Below are positions 54,515 through 64,000 of a stretch of DNA of 64,000 nucleotides, piece by piece (within the stretch, counting starts at the first letter, position 1; the number at the start of each line of letters is the position of its first letter). A model generated the notes under the pieces. The model searched no databases. It was not told the origin of the DNA and worked only from the letters and a program-made list of their open reading frames with translations. Location of the stretch: NCBI GenBank assembly GCA_038562165.1, contig JBCFAO010000019.1:995-64994 (forward strand), read 5' to 3'. The position numbers were made by a program, and so were the translations under genes. This stretch comes from Clostridiales bacterium. GTDB lineage: Bacteria > Bacillota > Peptococcia > DRI-13 > UBA5745.

Positions 54515-55129
54515 TTATTTGGCGCCCATGAAAAAATACACTATACCAATAATAGCGGAAACAACAGTACCGTATACAACCACAGGGCCGGCTACCGTAA
54601 AGAGTTTATAACCCACTCCGTAAATAAAGCCTTCCTTCTTAAACTCCAGAGCGGCGGATACAATGGAGTTGGCAAAACCGGTGACGGGTACAATGGTACC
54701 TGCCCCCGCTCTTCTGCCGATTTCATCAAAAATGCCGATACCGGTTAAAATACCGGTGATGACGATCAGAATGCTGATAACAGCGGCATTGGCCATTTTT
54801 TCATCCAGGCCTTTGCCGGAGAACCACATATTTAAGGCCTGGGAACAGGTACAGATCAGACCGCCTATGACAAAAGCCATCACCATATTCTTAAACCAGG
54901 GGACAGGCGTGGGCATATCCTTAATGTTATCTAAATATGTTTTTTGCATCTTTTTCTGGATATCTGATAGATCTTTTTCCAGAGCCAGCCGCTGATTCCG
55001 CAGCTTTTCTTTCTCTGCCTCATCGGTAGCTTTGGCTTCCTGAGCCAGTACCTCTTGATGCTGCCGCCGGATTTTTTCCTTCTGCTGCAAATCCTCAGGA
55101 GCTAATTTACTTTTTTGATCTTTAGCCAT
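54515..55129 (-). CDS. spoVAC: Stage V sporulation protein AC with a Lys/Glu-rich N-terminal extension
   Basis: The C-terminal ~140 aa match SpoVAC (AFVIGGLICTCSQAL...GAGTIVPVTGFANS). ATG 55129 with SD GGAGGG. Confidence 0.88.
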   Translation of the reverse strand: MAKDQKSKLAPEDLQQKEKIRRQHQEVLAQEAKATDEAEKEKLRNQRLALEKDLSDIQKKMQKTYLDNIKDMPTPVPWFKNMVMAFVIGGLICTCSQALNMWFSGKGLDEKMANAAVISILIVITGILTGIGIFDEIGRRAGAGTIVPVTGFANSIVSAALEFKKEGFIYGVGYKLFTVAGPVVVYGTVVSAIIGIVYFFMGAK

Positions 55130-55530
55130 ACGATGCGCCCTCCAGCTAATAGTCTTCAATCCATACTAAATATAGTATCCACTATTTGCCGGAGTTTATA
55201 CGAAAGCAGGGCAGATTAGTCTCACTCACTCCTCGCCGGCCAAATTGAGAAGATAGAATTTAATTAATCAAGGTAATTTGGACGGCTGCGGACGTTCGAC
55301 AAGGCAACCCATCCCTTCCTTAGGAAAAATCAAGTGAGCAAAAAACGAGATAATGCATTAAGCGAAAGGGCAGATATGCATAATTTGGTATATTCGTTCT
55401 GCATATGCGCATATCTAACAAAAAATCTGCATATATCCTTTCAATATTGCTGCACTACCTCGTTTTTTGAACAGAGAGCCCAGGCCTCAGCGCCGTGGAC
55501 ACCCTAAGCCGGGGCTGCATACAACCCGCC

Positions 55531-56301
55531 TCACTCCTTCAAAAAGGCGCGGCAACGGGCCAAAATGCTTTTTTCCAGGCGGGATATCTGCACTTGAGAC
55601 AAGCCCAACTTGGCGGCCACCTGAGCCTGAGTTTTGTCCTCAAAGAACCTCATCCTGATGATCTCTTTCTCCCGGGGCGCCAACTGGTCCAGAGCCTCTT
55701 CCAGAATCAGCCTGCGGAAAGTGTTTTCCTCATCATCCTGGCTGCGAATTTGATCCAAGCGGTATAAAGGATCCTGTTGATCATTATTCACAGACTCATA
55801 AAGGGAAACCGGCAGGCTGGTGGCCTCCAGGCTATTGATCAACACCTCCCTGGGCATGTCCAGCTTTTCTTCCAGCTCGGCTAAAGTTGGCTCCCGGCCC
55901 AGTTCCTCTTCCAACTTGCTTTGGGCCTGGCGGATCAGGCGGAGATTGTCTTTATAAGACCGGCTGACCTTAACAGGGCCGTCATCCCGCAAGAAACGTT
56001 TGATTTCTCCCAGGATCATGGGAACGGCATAGGTAGAAAATTTGACGTCAAAGGAAAGGTCAAAGCGATCAATGGCTTTGATCAATCCGATAACCCCTAT
56101 TTGAAAAAGGTCTTCTCTCTCCGGGCCCCGGCCCTGAAAACGGGAGGCTATGGTAAAAACCAGACGCAAGTTGCCTTGAATCAGGCGTTCTCGGGCCTCT
56201 TCATCTCCCTGCCGGGCGGCGTTGAGATTATGCACCATCTCTTCATCGGAGAGCCTGGGATAGCGGGGTAAATTCATCTCTGTATAGCCCATGATCCCCA
56301 C
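55531..56301 (-). CDS. sigF: Sporulation sigma factor SigF
   Basis: Sigma-70 regions 2-4 are present. It lies immediately after spoIIAA-spoIIAB. Confidence 0.92.
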   Translation of the reverse strand: MGIMGYTEMNLPRYPRLSDEEMVHNLNAARQGDEEARERLIQGNLRLVFTIASRFQGRGPEREDLFQIGVIGLIKAIDRFDLSFDVKFSTYAVPMILGEIKRFLRDDGPVKVSRSYKDNLRLIRQAQSKLEEELGREPTLAELEEKLDMPREVLINSLEATSLPVSLYESVNNDQQDPLYRLDQIRSQDDEENTFRRLILEEALDQLAPREKEIIRMRFFEDKTQAQVAAKLGLSQVQISRLEKSILARCRAFLKE

Positions 56302-56766
56302 CTAAGCCTGACAAGCGTTTTTCTGATCTCCCTGGCAGAAATATTTAAACATTCTGACCGTGGTGCCCCGGCCGGGAGCGGATTCTACCTCTAAGCGATC
56401 AGTGAACGACTGCATGAACGCAAAGCCCAGACCCATCCGCTCCGGATCCTGGGAATAAGACGGCTCCATAGCCTGAGCAATATTAGCTATTCCTACCCCT
56501 TCATCTTCTACGGCAATCAGTATGCCGTCTTCCAGCAGATCAGCCCGCAGGATCAACTGCTTGTCCTCCTGATTCTCATACCCATGGATAATGGCATTCG
56601 ATACCGCCTCCGATACGGCCACCTTCAGCTCCTCTAAAGCGTTAACGGTAACCGCATCGCACTGGGAGGCCAATGCCGCCACCATGGATCGGGCTAAGCC
56701 TACATTTACGGCTTTGCTCTGCATTGTCAACATTACGGAATTCATTTTAAGCTTGTCCCTGTTCAT
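56302..56766 (-). CDS. spoIIAB: Anti-sigma F factor SpoIIAB (serine kinase)
   Basis: HATPase-like motifs are present (EAVSNAIIHGY, DEGVGI, GLGF). It has an ATGA overlap with spoIIAA. Confidence 0.92.
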   Translation of the reverse strand: MNRDKLKMNSVMLTMQSKAVNVGLARSMVAALASQCDAVTVNALEELKVAVSEAVSNAIIHGYENQEDKQLILRADLLEDGILIAVEDEGVGIANIAQAMEPSYSQDPERMGLGFAFMQSFTDRLEVESAPGRGTTVRMFKYFCQGDQKNACQA

Positions 56767-57116
56767 TTCACGGCCCCCTTTCGCAGCAACGCCATAGCCT
56801 CATCCTCTGTCTTCGTTATCTGCAAAAGAGGTATGATCCCTGACAAATTTAATACTTTTAATACTTCTGGCCGTACGCCGGTCAAAAACATCCTTCCTTT
56901 CCGGTTTTGTATGAGCTTTAGTCTCCCCAGGAGCACACCAAGGCCGGAGCTATCCATGAAGGTCATTTTGGACATATTGACAATCAAATGCCTCGGCCTT
57001 TGATCCTCCAAAGCCGTATCCACCTTTTGCCGGAACTCCGCGGCTGATACCAGGTCGAAATCACCATTGACCCAGACCAGCAGCGCATCATTCCGGCATT
57101 CTAGTTTTAAGGCCAT
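56763..57116 (-). CDS. spoIIAA: Anti-sigma F factor antagonist SpoIIAA (STAS domain)
   Basis: FMDSSGLGVLLGR contains the phospho-serine motif. Confidence 0.92.
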   Translation of the reverse strand: MALKLECRNDALLVWVNGDFDLVSAAEFRQKVDTALEDQRPRHLIVNMSKMTFMDSSGLGVLLGRLKLIQNRKGRMFLTGVRPEVLKVLNLSGIIPLLQITKTEDEAMALLRKGAVK

Positions 57117-57189
57117 CCCATTACCTCCTAGTAGTTTGTCTATTCATCATTATATGCTTATTCTCCATATTTTACCAGTATCCTGCAAA

Positions 57190-58401
57190 TCAGGAAAGTA
57201 AATTTGTAAAAATATTTTTCATCATAAAACCCATATTAGCCCTTTCCACCGATTGATCGCCGTGCACCGGCAGCTTAACTAATAATTCCTTCTGGTCATT
57301 GGCAACCAGCAGATAGCCCAAGGGTTGGCTATTATCATAAGGAGCTGAAATATGTTCCGGGCCCTCCCAAGTATAATGAAGAATAGTTTCCTGGCCCTTC
57401 ACCGCCGGTATGCCCCACTGATCCGGCAAAAGCCCTTGAATTTGCGACACCTTTCCTTTATTGACATTAATAATGATTTGAGGAATCTCCTGGGGAGCCG
57501 GCTTATAATTGACATAGGTATTAAAGGCCCAATTAAGCAGGGTTTTCGTATCATTGGTATGGCCTTTGGCCTTAGGGCTTTGCAGCACTACGGCAACCAG
57601 ACTCAGACCCTGCCGCTGGGCATAACCCACCAGACAGTAGCCGGCTTCCAAAGTCCAGCCGGTTTTCAGCCCTTTGGCTCCTTCAAATTCCCAGAGCAAT
57701 TTATTTTTGTTGTCGTATTGAAAAGGCCTGCTGGTATGCTCTCTAATCCTATAGTGTTTAAGAGCCGTCATTTCCAAAAGATCAGGATGCTTTACCGCCT
57801 CCCGGGCCAGCAGACAGAGATCCCAGGCAGTAGTGTAATGGTTTTCGTCATGCAGACCATTGGCATTGACAAAATGACTGCCTTCCATGCCCAGCTCTTT
57901 CGCTCTTTCATTCATTTTCTCCACAAAAGCGCCGTGGCTGCCGGCCAAATATTCGGCTATGGCTACCGCCGCATCATTGCCGGAAGCTAAAGCTACTCCC
58001 AGAGCCAGCTCTTTTAAAGTAAGAATTTCTCCTTCCGCCAAAAAAATCTGGGAACCGCCGTAAGATTCAGCCAAAGCGCTGGCCGTTACCCGGTCCTCCC
58101 AGCTTGCTTCTCCCCTTTCCACCGCTTCCACCGCCAAAAGCAGGGTCATCAGCTTCGTTGTACTGGCAGGATAATGACGCTCCTGAATTTCCTTTTCATA
58201 AAGCACCATTCCCGTACTGACTTCCATGACGATAGCCGACTCCGCTTCCACTTCAACCGGCAGTTGAGCCGCAGCCAAGGCCTTAGACTCCGCCAGAGGG
58301 CAAGCAAAGATAAGCAAGGCCAGGGCAATAGAAACCAGACCCTTGATTTTTTTGTTCGTCTTCAATGTAGCCACCTCCTGAGGTCTATTCTTACCTCTCA
58401 A
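57190..58401 (-). CDS. dacF: D-alanyl-D-alanine carboxypeptidase (DacF-like, S11)
   Basis: Motifs SxxK (ASTTK), SGN (ASGND) and KTG (LKTGWT) are present. It lies upstream of spoIIAA, as in Bacillus. Confidence 0.9.
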   Translation of the reverse strand: MRGKNRPQEVATLKTNKKIKGLVSIALALLIFACPLAESKALAAAQLPVEVEAESAIVMEVSTGMVLYEKEIQERHYPASTTKLMTLLLAVEAVERGEASWEDRVTASALAESYGGSQIFLAEGEILTLKELALGVALASGNDAAVAIAEYLAGSHGAFVEKMNERAKELGMEGSHFVNANGLHDENHYTTAWDLCLLAREAVKHPDLLEMTALKHYRIREHTSRPFQYDNKNKLLWEFEGAKGLKTGWTLEAGYCLVGYAQRQGLSLVAVVLQSPKAKGHTNDTKTLLNWAFNTYVNYKPAPQEIPQIIINVNKGKVSQIQGLLPDQWGIPAVKGQETILHYTWEGPEHISAPYDNSQPLGYLLVANDQKELLVKLPVHGDQSVERANMGFMMKNIFTNLLS

Positions 58402-58524
58402 GAAGAATATATGTACAAAGTTGGCAATTTAGCAAAATATTTTCTACAAAAAAAATCCGGAATTCGCTGAACTGCCGCAAATCCCGGATTTTTCTCGTAT
58501 ATCGTTTAGCGCCTATAAATGCAA

Positions 58525-59388
58525 TCAGTCTATCTTGATTCCGTCGGGCTTAAATTCCAGCCAAAGGTTGCCGGAAATAAATACGGAGGAATAAAAGCCG
58601 GCCACGTTGCCTACCATCAAAGCGATGGCAAAGACCCGGGTGGTTTCGCCGCCCAGGAAAATCAGGCATAACAGCACCAAAACCACGGTTAGGGACATAT
58701 TGACGGAGCGGGTCAATGTTTGGCTGATACTGGCATTGACCAGCTCATTGCCTTTCATTTTGCTGTTAACCTTTATGTTCTCGCGAATACGGTCAAAAAC
58801 GACGATGGTATTGTTGATGGAATAACCGATAATGGTCAATACCGCAGCGATAAATGAGCTCTCCACTTCATACTGGAAGATTGAGAAAAAGCCCAGCATA
58901 ATGATAACGTCATGGAGCAGGCACAAGATGGCGGCTACTGCAAATTTCCACTGGAAACGCAGGGAAATATAAACAAGCATCAAGGCTGCCGCCAGGGCCA
59001 AGGCAATTAAACCATTGCGGGTCAATTCCTTGCCGACAATAGGGCCGACGCTTTCTATGCGCTTTAATTCATATTCGCCCAGCGTCTCTTTGAAAGCATC
59101 CAGAATCTTATTTTGGGTAGCCTCATCTATCTCAACGGACTTGATGATATAAGTGCCTTCGCCGTCCTGGATGATGGTGCTGTTGTCCAAACCATCTTCT
59201 TTCAGCACATCTCTGACTTGTTCCATAGTAACGGCCTCACTGCTGAATTTCAAATCCAGCAAAGTACCGCTTTGAAAATCAATGCCTTGGTTTAGACCTT
59301 GGGCTAATAGTGAAACCAGACCGGCGACGATAAGCAGAGCAGAGATTATATAGTAGATCTTACGGTTTTTATAAAAATTGATATTCAT
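58525..59388 (-). CDS. secF: Protein translocase subunit SecF
   Basis: SecF-like topology and sequence. Overlaps the secD stop. Confidence 0.92.
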   Translation of the reverse strand: MNINFYKNRKIYYIISALLIVAGLVSLLAQGLNQGIDFQSGTLLDLKFSSEAVTMEQVRDVLKEDGLDNSTIIQDGEGTYIIKSVEIDEATQNKILDAFKETLGEYELKRIESVGPIVGKELTRNGLIALALAAALMLVYISLRFQWKFAVAAILCLLHDVIIMLGFFSIFQYEVESSFIAAVLTIIGYSINNTIVVFDRIRENIKVNSKMKGNELVNASISQTLTRSVNMSLTVVLVLLCLIFLGGETTRVFAIALMVGNVAGFYSSVFISGNLWLEFKPDGIKID

Positions 59389-60680
59389 TTTCCTGCTCCT
59401 TTCCCGCCATATAACCAGGGATTGGTAAACATACCGGACTCAGCCACATTTTTCAGCAGGAACCGGGTGTAAACGATAGCGGTAAACATGCTGATCAGAA
59501 TACCCAGGCTTAAGGTAACGGCAAATCCCTTGATGCTGCCGGTGCCTTTCCAGAATAGTACGGCAGCGGCAATCAGCGTGGTGACATTTGAGTCGATAAT
59601 CGTCCACAAGGCCCTGGAAAAGCCGGCGTTAATCGAAGCCCGCAGAGTCTTGCCCCGGCTCAGCTCATCCTTCAGCCGTTCGTAAATGATGATATTGGAG
59701 TCCACACACATGCCTATGGTCAGCACAATACCCAATATGCCCGGCAAGGTCAGAGTGGCTTTAATTAAAGCCATAGAGGCCATCAGAAGCACTGTATAAA
59801 GGACCAGGGAAAAGCCGGCAATAACACCGGGGAGCCTGTACACCACTATCATAAAAATCACTACCAAAACAAGACCTACTATACCGGCCTTCTGGCTTTT
59901 TTCAATGGAATCAGCGCCCAGTGTGGGACCGATAGTCCTTTTCTCTACAATCTCCACCGGCACCGGCAAAGCGCCGGATTGCAAGAGCAATGCCAGCTGT
60001 CGGGCATCCTGTAAGGAGCTGTAGCCTGTAATCACCGCGTCACCGGTAGGAATGGCCGTGCTGACAAAGGGAAAAGAAATCATTTCCTCATCCAAATAAA
60101 TAGCGATGTTGCGCCGCATATCGCCCTTTGACAGGGCGCCTTCAATGGTCAGCTCAGGATAAGACTCCACCAGCATTTTGGTGGTGTCGGCAAAGATTTT
60201 CTTGCCCTCATCGTCAAATTCCAGCCTGACCACATATTCGTCAGTTTTAATCGCTCCGGGGCGATTGCTTGACTGTATGGCCTCTGTGGCATTGGCCAGA
60301 TGGCTGCCGTCTAAAATCACGGTTTGATTGCCCGCCTCATCAAAAGTGCGGAAGGTCAGATAGGCTGTCTTGCCGATCATGGCAATGGCTTCTTCAGGAT
60401 CCTGAACCCCCGGCAGCTCGATCAGCACCCGGTTATTGCCTTCCTGCTGTATGGTGGGCTCCGTTACTCCCAAGCTATTGATGCGAAGATCCATAATCGA
60501 CATAACTTTATCCATCTCCGCCTGGGTTACATCCGTGGTGGCCTGCACCCGGACTTGGGCGCCGCCTTTCAGGTCCAGACCCAGCTTCAGATAGCTGCCT
60601 AAATAGGTCATGCCCAAATAACCGCTGACTATCGTCAGGATCAGGACCAATATGACGGCCGCTGCCTTTCCGGTTTTCAT
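59385..60680 (-). CDS. secD: Protein translocase subunit SecD
   Basis: LGLDLKGG motif. C-terminal 6-TM bundle. Confidence 0.92.
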   Translation of the reverse strand: MKTGKAAAVILVLILTIVSGYLGMTYLGSYLKLGLDLKGGAQVRVQATTDVTQAEMDKVMSIMDLRINSLGVTEPTIQQEGNNRVLIELPGVQDPEEAIAMIGKTAYLTFRTFDEAGNQTVILDGSHLANATEAIQSSNRPGAIKTDEYVVRLEFDDEGKKIFADTTKMLVESYPELTIEGALSKGDMRRNIAIYLDEEMISFPFVSTAIPTGDAVITGYSSLQDARQLALLLQSGALPVPVEIVEKRTIGPTLGADSIEKSQKAGIVGLVLVVIFMIVVYRLPGVIAGFSLVLYTVLLMASMALIKATLTLPGILGIVLTIGMCVDSNIIIYERLKDELSRGKTLRASINAGFSRALWTIIDSNVTTLIAAAVLFWKGTGSIKGFAVTLSLGILISMFTAIVYTRFLLKNVAESGMFTNPWLYGGKGAGK

Positions 60681-60780
60681 TGCTGCTCCTCCTCCATCAT
60701 GGATTATACTATTTCCGGATTAAAATCCGGCAACAGTATTACTGCAATATTATATGGCTGTTCATTAGCTTTGTCAAAAT

Positions 60781-60808
60781 AAAAAGCGCGAACCCTGGCG
60801 GTTCGCGC
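60781..60808 (-). terminator. Rho-independent terminator after yajC
   Basis: On the minus strand: GCGCGAACC-gccag-GGTTCGCGC followed by TTTTT. Confidence 0.85.
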
Positions 60809-60829
60809 CGTCATTAAGGAAGTCTTCCT

Positions 60830-61198
60830 TTAACGATTCTCTTGATCGTCGTCCTGATCCTGATCAATGACGTAATCAGCATCCGCCATATCTTCCTCCG
60901 ACAACACCTCAGGCTCCGGTGCTTTTGAAGCCTTGGTTTCACTGCGTAAAATGCTGCCGATAGCCGACTTGGCAAAATGGACATAAACTTCTGAAGCAAT
61001 TTCCAGGGTGATCCGGTCTTCCTTGATACCTCTGACAATGCCATGGATACCGCCGATGGTCACTACCCGGTCTCCCTTCTTCAGGCTATCCATCATCGTC
61101 GTTCTTTCTTTTTGCTGCTTTTTCTGGGGACGCAGAATGAGAAAATACATCATGGCCACCATGACGACGATCCAGATGAGGCTTCCATATTGGCCCAT
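60830..61198 (-). CDS. yajC: Preprotein translocase subunit YajC (with an acidic C-terminal tail)
   Basis: Sequence LILRPQKKQQKE...LKKGDRVVTIGGIHG. Confidence 0.88.
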   Translation of the reverse strand: MGQYGSLIWIVVMVAMMYFLILRPQKKQQKERTTMMDSLKKGDRVVTIGGIHGIVRGIKEDRITLEIASEVYVHFAKSAIGSILRSETKASKAPEPEVLSEEDMADADYVIDQDQDDDQENR

Positions 61199-61277
61199 TT
61201 AAAAACCTCCTTAAATATAATACAAAAACTCTCCAAAGAGAATAATACATTGTAGCGGCCAAGAATGCAAGCCTATT

Positions 61278-63427
<2,150 letters not shown>

Positions 63428-63498
63428 CCAGCAAAAGCCTTTCTATACATAGAATTTATCAGTTCATTGCAATGGGCAACTTTTTCAGCGCCCCCTTC

Positions 63499-64000
63499 TT
63501 ACTGAACCGTCTTAATCACCAGACGGCCGTCGTTTTTGCCCTGGTTATAATAATGCTCAATGATTTGTCCATAGGTCATGCCCGCCTGCTGAGCCATACC
63601 GATGGCTCCCCATTGGCTCATGCCCACGCCGTGGCCATAGCCTTTGCCGTCAAAAACATAGGCTGTCACTGTGCCGGATTCATCCTTGTTCATTTCTTTG
63701 ACCCCTTCGGCGGTGATCACATAAAAGCTGTTGCTGCCGGGATTGATTTCTGCCGCTTTGCCGTAGGCCGCCACAGCCTGGGATTCCCGGATGCTTTGAC
63801 CCAGCATTACCGCAGCTCCGGCGCCATTGAGCACTGTGGTGCCGCCTTCCGGCGTGATGGTAAACAAGGTGCTGCGCAGACTCAGAAAAGACCGCAGGGT
63901 CTCCCGGTGCATGGAAAAGGTATTGGAGCTGCCCACAATATCCAGCTTGGTAATCCGGCCGGAGCTGTTTGGGCGGTCAGTAATCTTTCTCGTATTGGGA
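63499..64000 (-). CDS. spoIID: SpoIID/LytB-domain protein (C-terminal part; ORF open to the right window edge)
   Basis: GYGHGVGMSQWGAIGMAQQGMTYGQIIEHYY is the SpoIID signature. I checked manually that the frame stays open from 63936 to 64000. Confidence 0.85.
   Translation of the reverse strand, partial: PNTRKITDRPNSSGRITKLDIVGSSNTFSMHRETLRSFLSLRSTLFTITPEGGTTVLNGAGAAVMLGQSIRESQAVAAYGKAAEINPGSNSFYVITAEGVKEMNKDESGTVTAYVFDGKGYGHGVGMSQWGAIGMAQQAGMTYGQIIEHYYNQGKNDGRLVIKTVQ

Overview
This is a 64-kb chromosomal segment from an endospore-forming Firmicute with Clostridia/Peptococcaceae-like gene order and mid-range GC. No rRNA genes, tRNA genes or CRISPR arrays were recognised. Gene layout: (1) Positions 1-918 hold the 5' part of a group II intron on the minus strand, cut by the window edge. 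(2) Positions 1.0-31.4 kb are a plus-strand housekeeping block: NCS2 permease, miaB, mutS, mutL, an RsmJ-like methyltransferase, miaA, hflX, ynbB, an L-box lysine riboswitch with lysA, an M50 protease, trpS, scpA, scpB, a Ser/Thr dehydratase, ytfI, ytfJ, spmA, spmB, rluB, a hutP-like gene, cmk, plsC, an ispH::S1 fusion, a HAD hydrolase, an ABC-F ATPase and a LexA homolog. (3) Positions 31.5-37.1 kb are a poorly characterised block: a Gate-domain membrane protein followed by two tandem Nif3-like paralogs, then two DUF2294 paralogs flanking an orphan ORF, and a 158-nt rod-like structured RNA element behind a good promoter. (4) Positions 37.1-39.8 kb carry spoVAD and spoVAEb with an orphan ORF and a lipoprotein. 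(5) Positions 39.9-44.3 kb carry ccpN-like, PDRP and ppdK genes, preceded by tandem hairpin repeats. (6) Positions 44.3-52.4 kb are a visibly AT-richer accessory stretch: a ClC channel, a ykkC/guanidine-I riboswitch in front of a GAP-like membrane protein, a PadR-DUF2812-lipoprotein module, a MntA/HepT toxin-antitoxin pair, and an ECF sigma factor with a large polytopic partner. (7) Positions 52.5-54.4 kb carry an MCP with a decayed 5' end. (8) Positions 54.5-64 kb are a minus-strand block: spoVAC, sigF, spoIIAB, spoIIAA, dacF, secF, secD, yajC, tgt, queA and a partial spoIID-like gene. Main items for follow-up: the riboswitch-controlled GAP-like membrane protein; the Gate plus 2x Nif3 operon; the 6S-like or leader RNA upstream of a DUF2294 gene; a LexA homolog substituted at its cleavage site and both catalytic residues; spoVAC separated by about 15.5 kb from spoVAD/Eb; cmk lacking a canonical start codon; and an empty hfq slot occupied by an antisense small ORF.
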